From contig CAWIBU010000009.1 in the NCBI GenBank assembly GCA_963834445.1, positions 928,243 to 992,242 of the forward strand: 64,000 bases of DNA, written 5' to 3'. The stretch's first letter is position 1. Each line of letters starts with the position of its first letter. The notes beneath the pieces were generated by a model, which was not told the origin of the DNA, searched no databases, and was given only the letters and a program-made list of their open reading frames with translations. Below are positions 45,101 to 51,735 of this stretch, piece by piece. This DNA is from an uncultured Acidobacteriaceae bacterium (GTDB taxonomy: Bacteria; Acidobacteriota; Terriglobia; Terriglobales; Acidobacteriaceae). A program made the translations under genes and the position numbers.

Positions 45101-45177
45101 AGTGTTCGGGCCAGCTGACCATCTCAAGCACTCCTGGGGCAGGCACGATCATTTTGTTCGAGGTGCCGCTTGGGTGA
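42136..45177 (+). CDS. Sensor histidine kinase with a periplasmic two-component-regulator propeller and Y_Y_Y region, plus HisKA_3 and HATPase_c domains
   Basis: Many repeats of the G(T/L)WxGTxxGLxxF type, a TM segment (WFYTAMGLLAAMSIWLA), the H-box ERSRVAQELHDTLLQ and the N-box EAITNAVRHG. The true start may be the internal M at 42184. Confidence 0.88.
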   Translation: MGDGSIRCAVAAGVAVMGQVRSRLAALMQPTVLRSARARKQRLFACLLFTQNWLASPFIHVAMAQERSLAQYSMRLYKTEQGLPQNEVRSIAQTPDGYLWFGTRDGLARFDGLKFTVFRQETTPGIGHNMFGAMLVDRAGRLWIATGDGLSCFEHGQFRRYTERDGLPANAVHSLLEDRAGTLWVGTWNGLAAFDGTRFRKFARKDGLPEGSISGLVEDGTGGLWVGTYGGGLAHMSDGKISVLTTREGLPANFIQTILHDRSGNLWIGTQNGSARLNPAGKLQILRDLPGKAICFYQDREGVIWAATDKTFGRYRRGANLVFEQQEGPNQDVETVFEDRDGSLWVGTSGAGVARYRSGAFVPYTTREGLADDRTSTIFQDSRGDIWIGGAHGLTRKAASGVSIVPKEDFGGGAVRSIAEDERGVLWVGTSKGVARFDRRHWTQIGPRDGVPLEVHVLYRDRVGRIWIGSSTGVTIWDHGKTSSLTQKQGLPGNYVMSILEDRRGSMWIGTITGLAHVESGSITNYTTANGLSSNYVQCLYQDSEDTIWICTPSGLNRLRDGHFHAFSTRDGIVSDSTLQLLEDGQNRFWISSYRGIFRVNRSDLNAFAAGAIGKVDAVSYGTEDGLKSTACAGLGMQPAGWKARDGTLWFPTDTGVVSINPSALPSLDPSPVPVLEAVLKDGVESPSATVGPNIHRIDFVFSAPTSIAAEAIEFRYRLQGYEDEWHDAGTMRLISFTNLPQGKYRFAVSARRPGNPWGREEASWFLRIRPHFYETRWFYTAMGLLAAMSIWLAHTIRVRATEQRFKTIMGERSRVAQELHDTLLQSVSGTAMEIRGALRVLSQGYSEVGVHQISLALDHLGSSMADARQAIWDLRSPASLEQRLDHALVAAANRVCAGGPEVDYEILGEPCELTRAIEKNAYRIGVEAITNAVRHGQCTKISMRLQYQKNSFLLFIHDDDVGFSPVRPESDLLANHWGLSGMKERAHKCSGQLTISSTPGAGTIILFEVPLG

Positions 45178-45823
45178 ACGACTGCAAGCATCGACTGACA
45201 AACGTCCAATTCGCATTATCTGTGTCGACGATCACCCGCTGATTCTGGCGGGTGTCCAGTCCATGCTGAATGCTGAGCCTGACCTTCTCTTCTCCGGCGG
45301 CGTAGCCACAGCGGTAGAGGGGATAGCGCTGTTCCGCGCGCTACGACCCGATGTCGCTTTGATCGATCTCCGCCTCAGAGGCACGCCAGGAACCTCAGCG
45401 ATTGCGACGATTACGCAGGAATTTCCCGAAGCTCGCGTGATCGCGATGACGACTTATAAGGGCGATCACGACGTTCATCGAGCATTGGCGGCGGGAGCGC
45501 AAGGTTACATTCTCAAAGACCTAATGCACAAGGATCTCATCTTTGCGATTAGGAAGATTTATCAAGGCGCTCGTTGGATCGCTCCGGAGGCGGCGGCACA
45601 ACTCGCTGAGAATTCGCCCCGCATCGGTATAACGTCTCGTGAACTCGAGGTCTTGCGACTCTTCTCCGAAGGAAATCGGAATAAGGAGATTGCGGATGCG
45701 CTGAAAATCAGTGAGGACACGGTGAAGTTCCACGTCAAGAGCATCTTTGGGAAACTCGGTGTCAGCGACCGGACTCATGCGGTCGCCATAGCGGTCAAGC
45801 GTGGGATTCTCCACATCGACTAG
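45170..45823 (+). CDS. NarL/LuxR-family response regulator
   Basis: REC domain (IRIICVDDHPL). HTH segment ITSRELEVLRLFSEGNRNKEIADAL. TTG start overlapping the kinase stop by 8 nt. Confidence 0.92.
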   Translation: MGERLQASTDKRPIRIICVDDHPLILAGVQSMLNAEPDLLFSGGVATAVEGIALFRALRPDVALIDLRLRGTPGTSAIATITQEFPEARVIAMTTYKGDHDVHRALAAGAQGYILKDLMHKDLIFAIRKIYQGARWIAPEAAAQLAENSPRIGITSRELEVLRLFSEGNRNKEIADALKISEDTVKFHVKSIFGKLGVSDRTHAVAIAVKRGILHID

Positions 45824-46033
45824 TCTGCACGATCATCGCCGTTCACACTGGGTTTTTCGTTCACGTATGGGGGGAACGGCATCCCTGCAAGCGCGGCGGC
45901 AGCGGTTTGCTTCAGATCCTTTGCAAACTCAAGGGAAACTTCCAACCGCTCATCCGCGGAAATGGCCCACAAAAATGACATGGCATGTCGAAACGTGGTG
46001 TTTCAATCTACGGAAAGAAACTGACTGGTGAGT

Positions 46034-46125
46034 CTACACACCAAAGCTAAGCGCCAGGGTGCTTTGTGGGCAGTAGGTGCGGCTCCAGGCGTCTTGCGGA
46101 TTGTTCGCGCGAAAGAAGAATGTTG
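46034..46125 (-). pseudogene. Relic of the 3' end of a second MBOAT gene
   Basis: The minus-strand translation ...VRPTFFFRANNPQDAWSRTYCPQSTLALSFGV* matches WIFFRANNLKDAWFVATHLL of the intact MBOAT. At the DNA level, about 27 of 33 nt are identical to 39019-39051. The fragment is cut off upstream by a REP element. Confidence 0.5.
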
Positions 46126-46139
46126 GACGGACCGCTCTT

Positions 46140-46192
46140 GGTCCCACCCTTTGCAAAAAAACGCAAAGGATGGGGCACCCGCAGATTGGTGG
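46140..46192. repeat. Single-arm REP-like hairpin element
   Basis: GGTCCCAC-CCTTTGC-AAAAAAAC-GCAAAGG-ATGGGGCACCC. Same family as 3513-3646 and 55446-55759. Confidence 0.75.
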
Positions 46193-46242
46193 TAAGTCCT
46201 GAAGGAGAGCGACAGTTCTTAAGCAGTCCAGTTTAGAAATGG

Positions 46243-46677
46243 CTAGAGCAGCTTACCCGCGGCGAGATCCTGGATCAGGATGCGGTCGGCGGCGAGAAAG
46301 TCGTAGCGGGTCAGCTCGCGCAGCGGGCACCAGCGCAGGTCGTTGAAAATACGGTTCGTCATTTCCCCGGCAAATTGGTGCACCACAAAGAACTGCAGGT
46401 CGATCGCGCTGCCGCTGCGGTAGGTGTGCCGGGTGTGGGCCACGCGATTGCCGATATCGGCAGCGATGCCCAACTCTTCGTCGAGCTCGCGGCGCAGGGC
46501 TTGCTCCGCGCTTTCGCCATCTTCCACCTTGCCCCCGGGAAATTCCCATTTCAGGGCCATGGGCTGGTCTGGACGCCGTTGGCAGATCAAAACCTGCTCC
46601 CCGCGCAGGATAAGAGCGGCCACGACCAGCCGAACAGTCTTCAAACGGCTGGATGGGGTGTATTTCTGCACGGTCAT
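46243..46677 (-). CDS. NUDIX hydrolase (MutT-like)
   Basis: Nudix box GGKVEDGESAEQALRRELDEELG. Confidence 0.88.
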   Translation of the reverse strand: MTVQKYTPSSRLKTVRLVVAALILRGEQVLICQRRPDQPMALKWEFPGGKVEDGESAEQALRRELDEELGIAADIGNRVAHTRHTYRSGSAIDLQFFVVHQFAGEMTNRIFNDLRWCPLRELTRYDFLAADRILIQDLAAGKLL

Positions 46678-46759
46678 ATGATTTTAGACGTACTGTTGAC
46701 CAGACCGTCTGCTAGCAGGGTGCGAACCCCCTTTTACCGCGCCAAAAGAGACACGCCGG

Positions 46760-47536
46760 TCAACGCCCGCCGGGCAGCGTGCCTTCCGGGTAGAAAAGGG
46801 GCCAGCCATGCTCACTGGCGATTTGCACCAGAGCCGGCGTGGGGTTCACGGGAAAGGCCTTTTGCGCGATTTTGAGCATCGCCGCATCGTGAATGGAGTT
46901 GCCGAACACCACATCCGGGTTGGGAACACCGGCCGCGATCAGCGACATCGCCTTGCCCTCCCCCGAAGGAACGTCGAGCAGTTCGCTGGTGATCACGCCG
47001 CCGGCCACCTTGGCGCGCGCACAAATCACCCGTGAAGGCGGAATATTGAACTGCCGAACGCCCTCTTCAATCACCCAGTGATTGGTGGAGCTGACCACCC
47101 ATATATCGGTACCGCGCTCGGTCAATAAACCGACCAGCGCCGCCATCTCAGAAAATGTCTTGTCCTGGAAGCGCGCCTGAAAGAAGGCGGCGGCGGCCCT
47201 GCGGATTTCCGCTTCACGCAGCCCGTCATAGATCACCACCATCTCGCCGCAGATGGCGACTTCAGAAACCGTGCCCGCGCGGTAGAGCCGGTAACGGGAG
47301 TCGATCCAGTCGCTGGCGTTGCGCGAAACCAGCCCCTCCTCGATCGACCACAGCATGAAGTCATAGCCGGAGTCGCCGTCCCACAAGGTTCCGTCGCAGT
47401 CGAAGACGGCGACTGCGGGCTCACGCGAGAGAACAGAGTCGAGAAAAGCTTGGGGAGAAAGAAGAGGGCTGCTGCTGGTCTTGCTGCTGTCCAAAGCGGG
47501 CTGGTGCTCCTGGCGGGGCACACGCCCCTCAACCAT
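46760..47536 (-). CDS. HAD-superfamily (subfamily IB-like) phosphatase
   Basis: Motif I is AVFDCDGTLWDGDS. Start uncertain: the ORF runs to 47611, and I used the internal ATG at 47536. Confidence 0.75.
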   Translation of the reverse strand: MVEGRVPRQEHQPALDSSKTSSSPLLSPQAFLDSVLSREPAVAVFDCDGTLWDGDSGYDFMLWSIEEGLVSRNASDWIDSRYRLYRAGTVSEVAICGEMVVIYDGLREAEIRRAAAAFFQARFQDKTFSEMAALVGLLTERGTDIWVVSSTNHWVIEEGVRQFNIPPSRVICARAKVAGGVITSELLDVPSGEGKAMSLIAAGVPNPDVVFGNSIHDAAMLKIAQKAFPVNPTPALVQIASEHGWPLFYPEGTLPGGR

Positions 47537-47609
47537 TGTCCGCGATCTGGCGCAATTTTGCACTCTGCGGCTGTCTCTCTTGATTCCTGCCGCGGCACGC
47601 CCCCAGGCC

Positions 47610-48566
47610 ATGCGGGGCGCCGGAAGCGATAATCAGCCTGTGCCCCCAACCCCGGTAAAGAACGCCAACGGCCTCCTGCGCCAATACCTCACCTACCTGC
47701 GCGTAGAAAAGGGCCTGCGTCCGCTGACCTGCGAGGCTTATCAACGGGATCTCTTCCTCTTTGCCGAATATCTTGAAACCGGCAACGGGCTGCCGCTCAC
47801 CGCCGGACAAGCACAAGTGGCCGGCTTCCTGGAACATTTGCAGAAGCATGGCGTGCAGTCGCGGTCGATCGCCCGCAAGCTTTCCTGCCTGCGCGGCTTC
47901 TACAAATGGCTGCTGCTGGATAATCAGATCAACCACGACCCCACCGTCAACCTTGAATCGCCTGCGTCGTGGAAGATTCTGCCCAAGGCCCTGGCTAAAT
48001 CGGAAGTGGATCACATGATGGACCAGGCCGGGACCGCGGCCAATCATCCTCAGGCCGATGCCGTCGCGCTGCGCGATCGCGCCATCGTCGAAATGCTGTA
48101 CGCGGGAGGAATTCGCGTGTCCGAGCTCACCGGTCTGGGGATCGAAGACCTGTCTCTGGCCGAGGGTCGCATGCTGGTTCGCGGCAAAGGAGATAAGGAG
48201 CGCATCGTGCCCCTGGGCCGGTTAGCGGTAGCAGCGCTCGAAACCTATTTAACGCGGGGAAGGCCAGCCCTGGCGCTCCGTCCCGCCGAGGGGCGTCTGT
48301 TTCTTTCCGTGCGCGGCGTCGCGCTTACGCGGCAATGGATTTGGCGCCTGGTGAAGCAACTGGACGGTCGCGCCAGCCCGCACATGCTGCGTCATAGCTG
48401 CGCCACCCATATGGTGGAGAACGGAGCCGATCTCAGAACGGTGCAAACCCTGTTGGGGCATGCCGATATTTCCACCACCCAGGTTTACACCCATCTGGCG
48501 CTGGGCCGACTCAAGGCCGTTCATCGCGCGCACCACCCACGGGCCACCCGCATGAGCGCCAAGTGA
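47610..48566 (+). CDS. xerD: Tyrosine recombinase, XerD-like
   Basis: [37 protein letters not shown] carries the R-H-R-Y catalytic context. Start taken at MRGAGSDNQ (47610). Confidence 0.8.
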   Translation: MRGAGSDNQPVPPTPVKNANGLLRQYLTYLRVEKGLRPLTCEAYQRDLFLFAEYLETGNGLPLTAGQAQVAGFLEHLQKHGVQSRSIARKLSCLRGFYKWLLLDNQINHDPTVNLESPASWKILPKALAKSEVDHMMDQAGTAANHPQADAVALRDRAIVEMLYAGGIRVSELTGLGIEDLSLAEGRMLVRGKGDKERIVPLGRLAVAALETYLTRGRPALALRPAEGRLFLSVRGVALTRQWIWRLVKQLDGRASPHMLRHSCATHMVENGADLRTVQTLLGHADISTTQVYTHLALGRLKAVHRAHHPRATRMSAK

Positions 48567-49468
48567 AGCCGACCCGACTGGCAGCAGAGTTTCTCGCCAT
48601 GTTGGCGCATGAGCGGACGGCTTCTCCGCATACTCTGCGTGCCTACCGCCGCGAGGTTGGTAATTTCGCAGACTACCTGGTCGAGCAGCGAATAGACGTG
48701 CACCGGGTGGATCATTTGCAGGTGCGTGGCTATTTGGGGGAGCTATACGGCCGAGGGCTGGGCAAGGCCTCGGTCGCCCGGTCGTTGTCAGCGATTCGCT
48801 CCTGGTTTCAATGGATGGCGAAGGCGGGGCATGTAACCAGCAATCCGGCGTCGTTGGTGGCGACTCCCAAATTGCCCAGGCATTTGCCGCGCGTGCCGTC
48901 GATTGAGCAGATGAACCACCTGGTGGATACGTCCGCGGAGCAGACAGCCGCGGCGTGGCCGGAGCGCGATCGCATGATTTTTGAGCTGCTCTATGGCTGC
49001 GGTATTCGCAACGCTGAGTTGGTGGGCCTGAACATGGAGGATGTGCACTGGGCGCGGGAAGTGATCCTGGTCCGCGGCAAGGGGCGCAAGCAGCGCTATG
49101 TCCCCTTGGGGGATGCTGCTGCCGACGCTATTCGCGCTTATCTTCCCACCCGCGCGGCCAAGCTGGCAGGGAAGCAGATGGAAGCGTTGCTCCTGAACCT
49201 GCAGATGAAGGGAACGGGGCGGCTGACCACCCGCAGTGTAGGCCGAATCGTGAAGCAAATATCGCAAGCCAAGGGCCTGCCCGCGGAGATCCATCCCCAC
49301 ACCCTGCGCCACGCCTTCGGAACCCACATGTTGGAGGAAGGCGCCGATCTGCGGGCCATTCAGGAGCTACTGGGCCACGAGCGCCTATCCACCACCCAGC
49401 GCTACACTCAACTGACCGTAGGCCAGGTCACACAGGTCTACGACAAGACCCACCCGAGGGCAAAGTAG
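48563..49468 (+). CDS. xerC: Tyrosine recombinase, XerC-like
   Basis: [40 protein letters not shown] start overlapping the xerD stop (GTGA). Confidence 0.8.
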   Translation: MKPTRLAAEFLAMLAHERTASPHTLRAYRREVGNFADYLVEQRIDVHRVDHLQVRGYLGELYGRGLGKASVARSLSAIRSWFQWMAKAGHVTSNPASLVATPKLPRHLPRVPSIEQMNHLVDTSAEQTAAAWPERDRMIFELLYGCGIRNAELVGLNMEDVHWAREVILVRGKGRKQRYVPLGDAAADAIRAYLPTRAAKLAGKQMEALLLNLQMKGTGRLTTRSVGRIVKQISQAKGLPAEIHPHTLRHAFGTHMLEEGADLRAIQELLGHERLSTTQRYTQLTVGQVTQVYDKTHPRAK

Positions 49469-49482
49469 TCTCTGATCTCTAA

Positions 49483-49673
49483 CCTTTGTCCCAGAAACAA
49501 AACTCCGGGTGCCCATATCTCGCTCGTTTTTTGCGAGTTGTGGGATACCACTGGCCCAACCCTCTAACCTTATGTTGACAACTACGGTCCAGGAACGAGG
49601 ACCGTGGTATCCCACATCTCGCGAAAAACGAGCGAGATATGGGGCACCCTGAGTTTTGTTTCTGGGACAAAGG
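49483..49673. repeat. Large near-perfect palindrome: ~70-bp arms and a ~52-bp centre, REP family
   Basis: Left arm 49483-49551 (CCTTTGTCCCAGAAACAAAACTCCGGGTGCCCATATCTCGC...) is the reverse complement of right arm 49604-49673. Lies between convergent genes. Confidence 0.85.
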
Positions 49674-49694
49674 GCTAGGACAAAATTTGGTCGT

Positions 49695-50048
49695 CTAAAG
49701 CGAAGCAATCGCCGTGGCTTCATCGCGATGCAGCGCGGCGTACTTCGTAATCCCGACCATGGTAAACACCTTCTGAAAATGCGGCGTCAGCCCAAAAGCG
49801 GCAATCTTCTGGTCCGCTTTACTGGCTTCCATCAACATCTGGATAACCAGCGCAATCCCGCTCGAGTTGATGTACTCCACCTTGGAGAAATCGATCAGCA
49901 CCGGGCGGCTCTTGGTCACGCCCTCATAGGTACCCAATACCGTGTCGCGCGAACTGCTGGAAATATCACCAGTGAAGCGAAGAACGGTGACCGGCGACCC
50001 ATTGGCCGCCATAATCTCATCCACTTTTGCTTTCGTCTCCGTCTGCAC
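49695..50048 (-). CDS. STAS-domain anti-sigma-factor antagonist (RsbV/SpoIIAA-like)
   Basis: VEYINSSGIALV carries the phosphorylatable Ser. Start probably the GTG at 50048, after an AAGGAG inside the end of the upstream gene. The ORF-track start at 50132 would overlap that gene by 83 nt. Confidence 0.82.
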   Translation of the reverse strand: MQTETKAKVDEIMAANGSPVTVLRFTGDISSSSRDTVLGTYEGVTKSRPVLIDFSKVEYINSSGIALVIQMLMEASKADQKIAAFGLTPHFQKVFTMVGITKYAALHRDEATAIASL

Positions 50049-50049
50049 T

Positions 50050-50496
50050 TTACTCACTCTCCTTGGCCAGTCTAATGACCAATCGTACGTAGCTGCCTTT
50101 GCCGGCGCTTCCCTTGACCCATTCCGCTTCATCCACCAGGGACTGAATCAGGAACATTCCCATGCCGCGAGGGTCTTCCTCGCCATGCATTTTGCGATCA
50201 ATATTTGGCTTGGAAGGAGCTTTGGCGATACCGGAACCGTTATCCATCACTTTCACCTCCAGCGCTTCGTCACTGGCGGAAAGGATGACACCGACACAGA
50301 GATTGTCGTTCAAAAGATTGCCATGCTCAATGGCGTTGATGCAAGCTTCGGCCAGGGCGGTCTTCAGGTCTTCGATACGGTCATCCGGGAAGCCCATGAG
50401 CTTGGCAACGCTGGCGGCCGTGCCCATCGCTACTTTTTCGAAGCCGAGCCGCGAGGGGAGTCTTACTTCCACCGCCGTGCCCCTGGTTTCTGTCAT
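50050..50496 (-). CDS. Anti-sigma regulatory serine kinase (RsbW/SpoIIAB-like HATPase)
   Basis: N-box EACINAIEHGN and G-box VMDNGSGI. 148 aa. Confidence 0.85.
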   Translation of the reverse strand: MTETRGTAVEVRLPSRLGFEKVAMGTAASVAKLMGFPDDRIEDLKTALAEACINAIEHGNLLNDNLCVGVILSASDEALEVKVMDNGSGIAKAPSKPNIDRKMHGEEDPRGMGMFLIQSLVDEAEWVKGSAGKGSYVRLVIRLAKESE

Positions 50497-50511
50497 TTGC
50501 TCTTCCCCCGT

Positions 50512-51657
50512 TTACGCGTGCATCCGGACCAGTGCCAGCGCAGTCATGTCGTCCTGCTGCGGTTCTCCCCTGGAAAATTCAGCCAACTGCTGCCAGAGGA
50601 CCTTGAGAATAGCAGTACAATCCTGCGACTTGCACTCTCGAAATGTTGCCAACAAACGCTCTGGACCGAATTCGTCATCGCCCTGAAACACTTCCGTAAG
50701 CCCATCGGTATAAAAGAGCAAGCGCGATCCGGGCGCGAAATTCAGGCTTTCCGCCGTGTACTGCATCATGGGAACCAGGCCAATCGGCGTGCCACTGGCT
50801 TCGATCTCGTGCACGGTTCTATCCGCGGAAAGTAAGAACCCGGGGTTATGACCGGCATTCACGACCTCGATCGTGTGCGTGTCCGGGTCCAGTTTGAGGA
50901 AGATCGCAGTCACGTAACGCCTTTGCGCCTCGGGCCCTTCGCCGTAGTGGTGCTCGTTCATGCGCGCGGCCAACTCCGCCAGAGGTAAGCCGGCAAGCGC
51001 CATGGCACGAAAGGCAGAGCGAAACGAAGTGGCCACAATGGCAGAAGCCAGGCCCTTACCCGCCACATCGGCTACCACCATGATCTCGCCCCCTGCGGGC
51101 AGGCTCACGATATCCACGTAGTCGCCGCCTACCTCGTAACAGGTGCTCGAACGAACCGCGACCGAATAGCCGGAAATCTCCAGAATCTTCTGCGGCAGCA
51201 GGCTGCGTTGAATCGCGCGCGCCGCGTCAAGATCCTGCTGCACGCGCGCCCATTCTACAGCGCGGTCGTGGTAATGCGCGTTCTCCACCGCGACCCCCGC
51301 CTGCAGCACCAGGCCTTCCAGAAAATCCTGCTCATACAGCGACAGCGTCTTGCCAGGCCCAGGGTTGACCACCAGTTCAGTCAGTGCCTCGCCGTCTTTG
51401 CTCAACAAGGCGTAACGGGTGCAGCCTTCCCACGGAGCAGACGGCATATCGCCGACGGTGAGCGCGGGCTCGGTGAAATGAGCGCCTGCCATTTCCAGCT
51501 CACGCAAAACAATACGCAAGACTGATTGCAGCACCTCTTCGGGCCGAACCGCCGCATGCACCTGCCGCGAGACCTCTAATAACGCCTGCAAACGAGCTAC
51601 CTGCTGCTGCAGATCAATCACGTCGGCGTGGCTTCTGGAGAAGGAAGAAGTTGACAT
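50512..51657 (-). CDS. PP2C/SpoIIE-family serine phosphatase with an N-terminal GAF-like sensor (RsbU-like)
   Basis: Motifs EVGGDYVDI, VADVAGKGLASA and LLFYTDGLTE. Confidence 0.87.
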   Translation of the reverse strand: MSTSSFSRSHADVIDLQQQVARLQALLEVSRQVHAAVRPEEVLQSVLRIVLRELEMAGAHFTEPALTVGDMPSAPWEGCTRYALLSKDGEALTELVVNPGPGKTLSLYEQDFLEGLVLQAGVAVENAHYHDRAVEWARVQQDLDAARAIQRSLLPQKILEISGYSVAVRSSTCYEVGGDYVDIVSLPAGGEIMVVADVAGKGLASAIVATSFRSAFRAMALAGLPLAELAARMNEHHYGEGPEAQRRYVTAIFLKLDPDTHTIEVVNAGHNPGFLLSADRTVHEIEASGTPIGLVPMMQYTAESLNFAPGSRLLFYTDGLTEVFQGDDEFGPERLLATFRECKSQDCTAILKVLWQQLAEFSRGEPQQDDMTALALVRMHA

Positions 51658-51735
51658 TACAGGATGGCATCAATCTAGCACAGCGCTGCCGGGGGCCGGA
51701 TATACTAAGGTGTTGCGTTCCACCACGAGCAAACT

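Noticed and set aside
45820-45981. A 53-codon minus-strand ORF (MSFLWAISADERLEVSLEFAKDLKQTAAAALAGMPFPPYVNEKPSVNGDDRAD) in the gene-free stretch after the response regulator.
   Set aside because: It is below the ORF-track threshold, has no Shine-Dalgarno sequence and no recognisable motif. It lies in a region that looks like decayed DNA, next to the MBOAT relic. It cannot be supported without conservation or expression data.
47610-49468. The tandem tyrosine recombinases as evidence of a prophage or integrative element.
   Set aside because: Both look like housekeeping XerD/XerC proteins. No phage, conjugation or cargo genes flank them, no tRNA or att-like direct repeats are present, and the neighbouring genes are ordinary metabolic genes.
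49483-49673. The large palindrome after xerC as a dif site.
   Set aside because: It belongs to the REP family seen at four other sites and is about 190 bp long. I could not find a 28-bp dif-like core (two 11-bp arms around a 6-bp spacer) resembling the known consensus.
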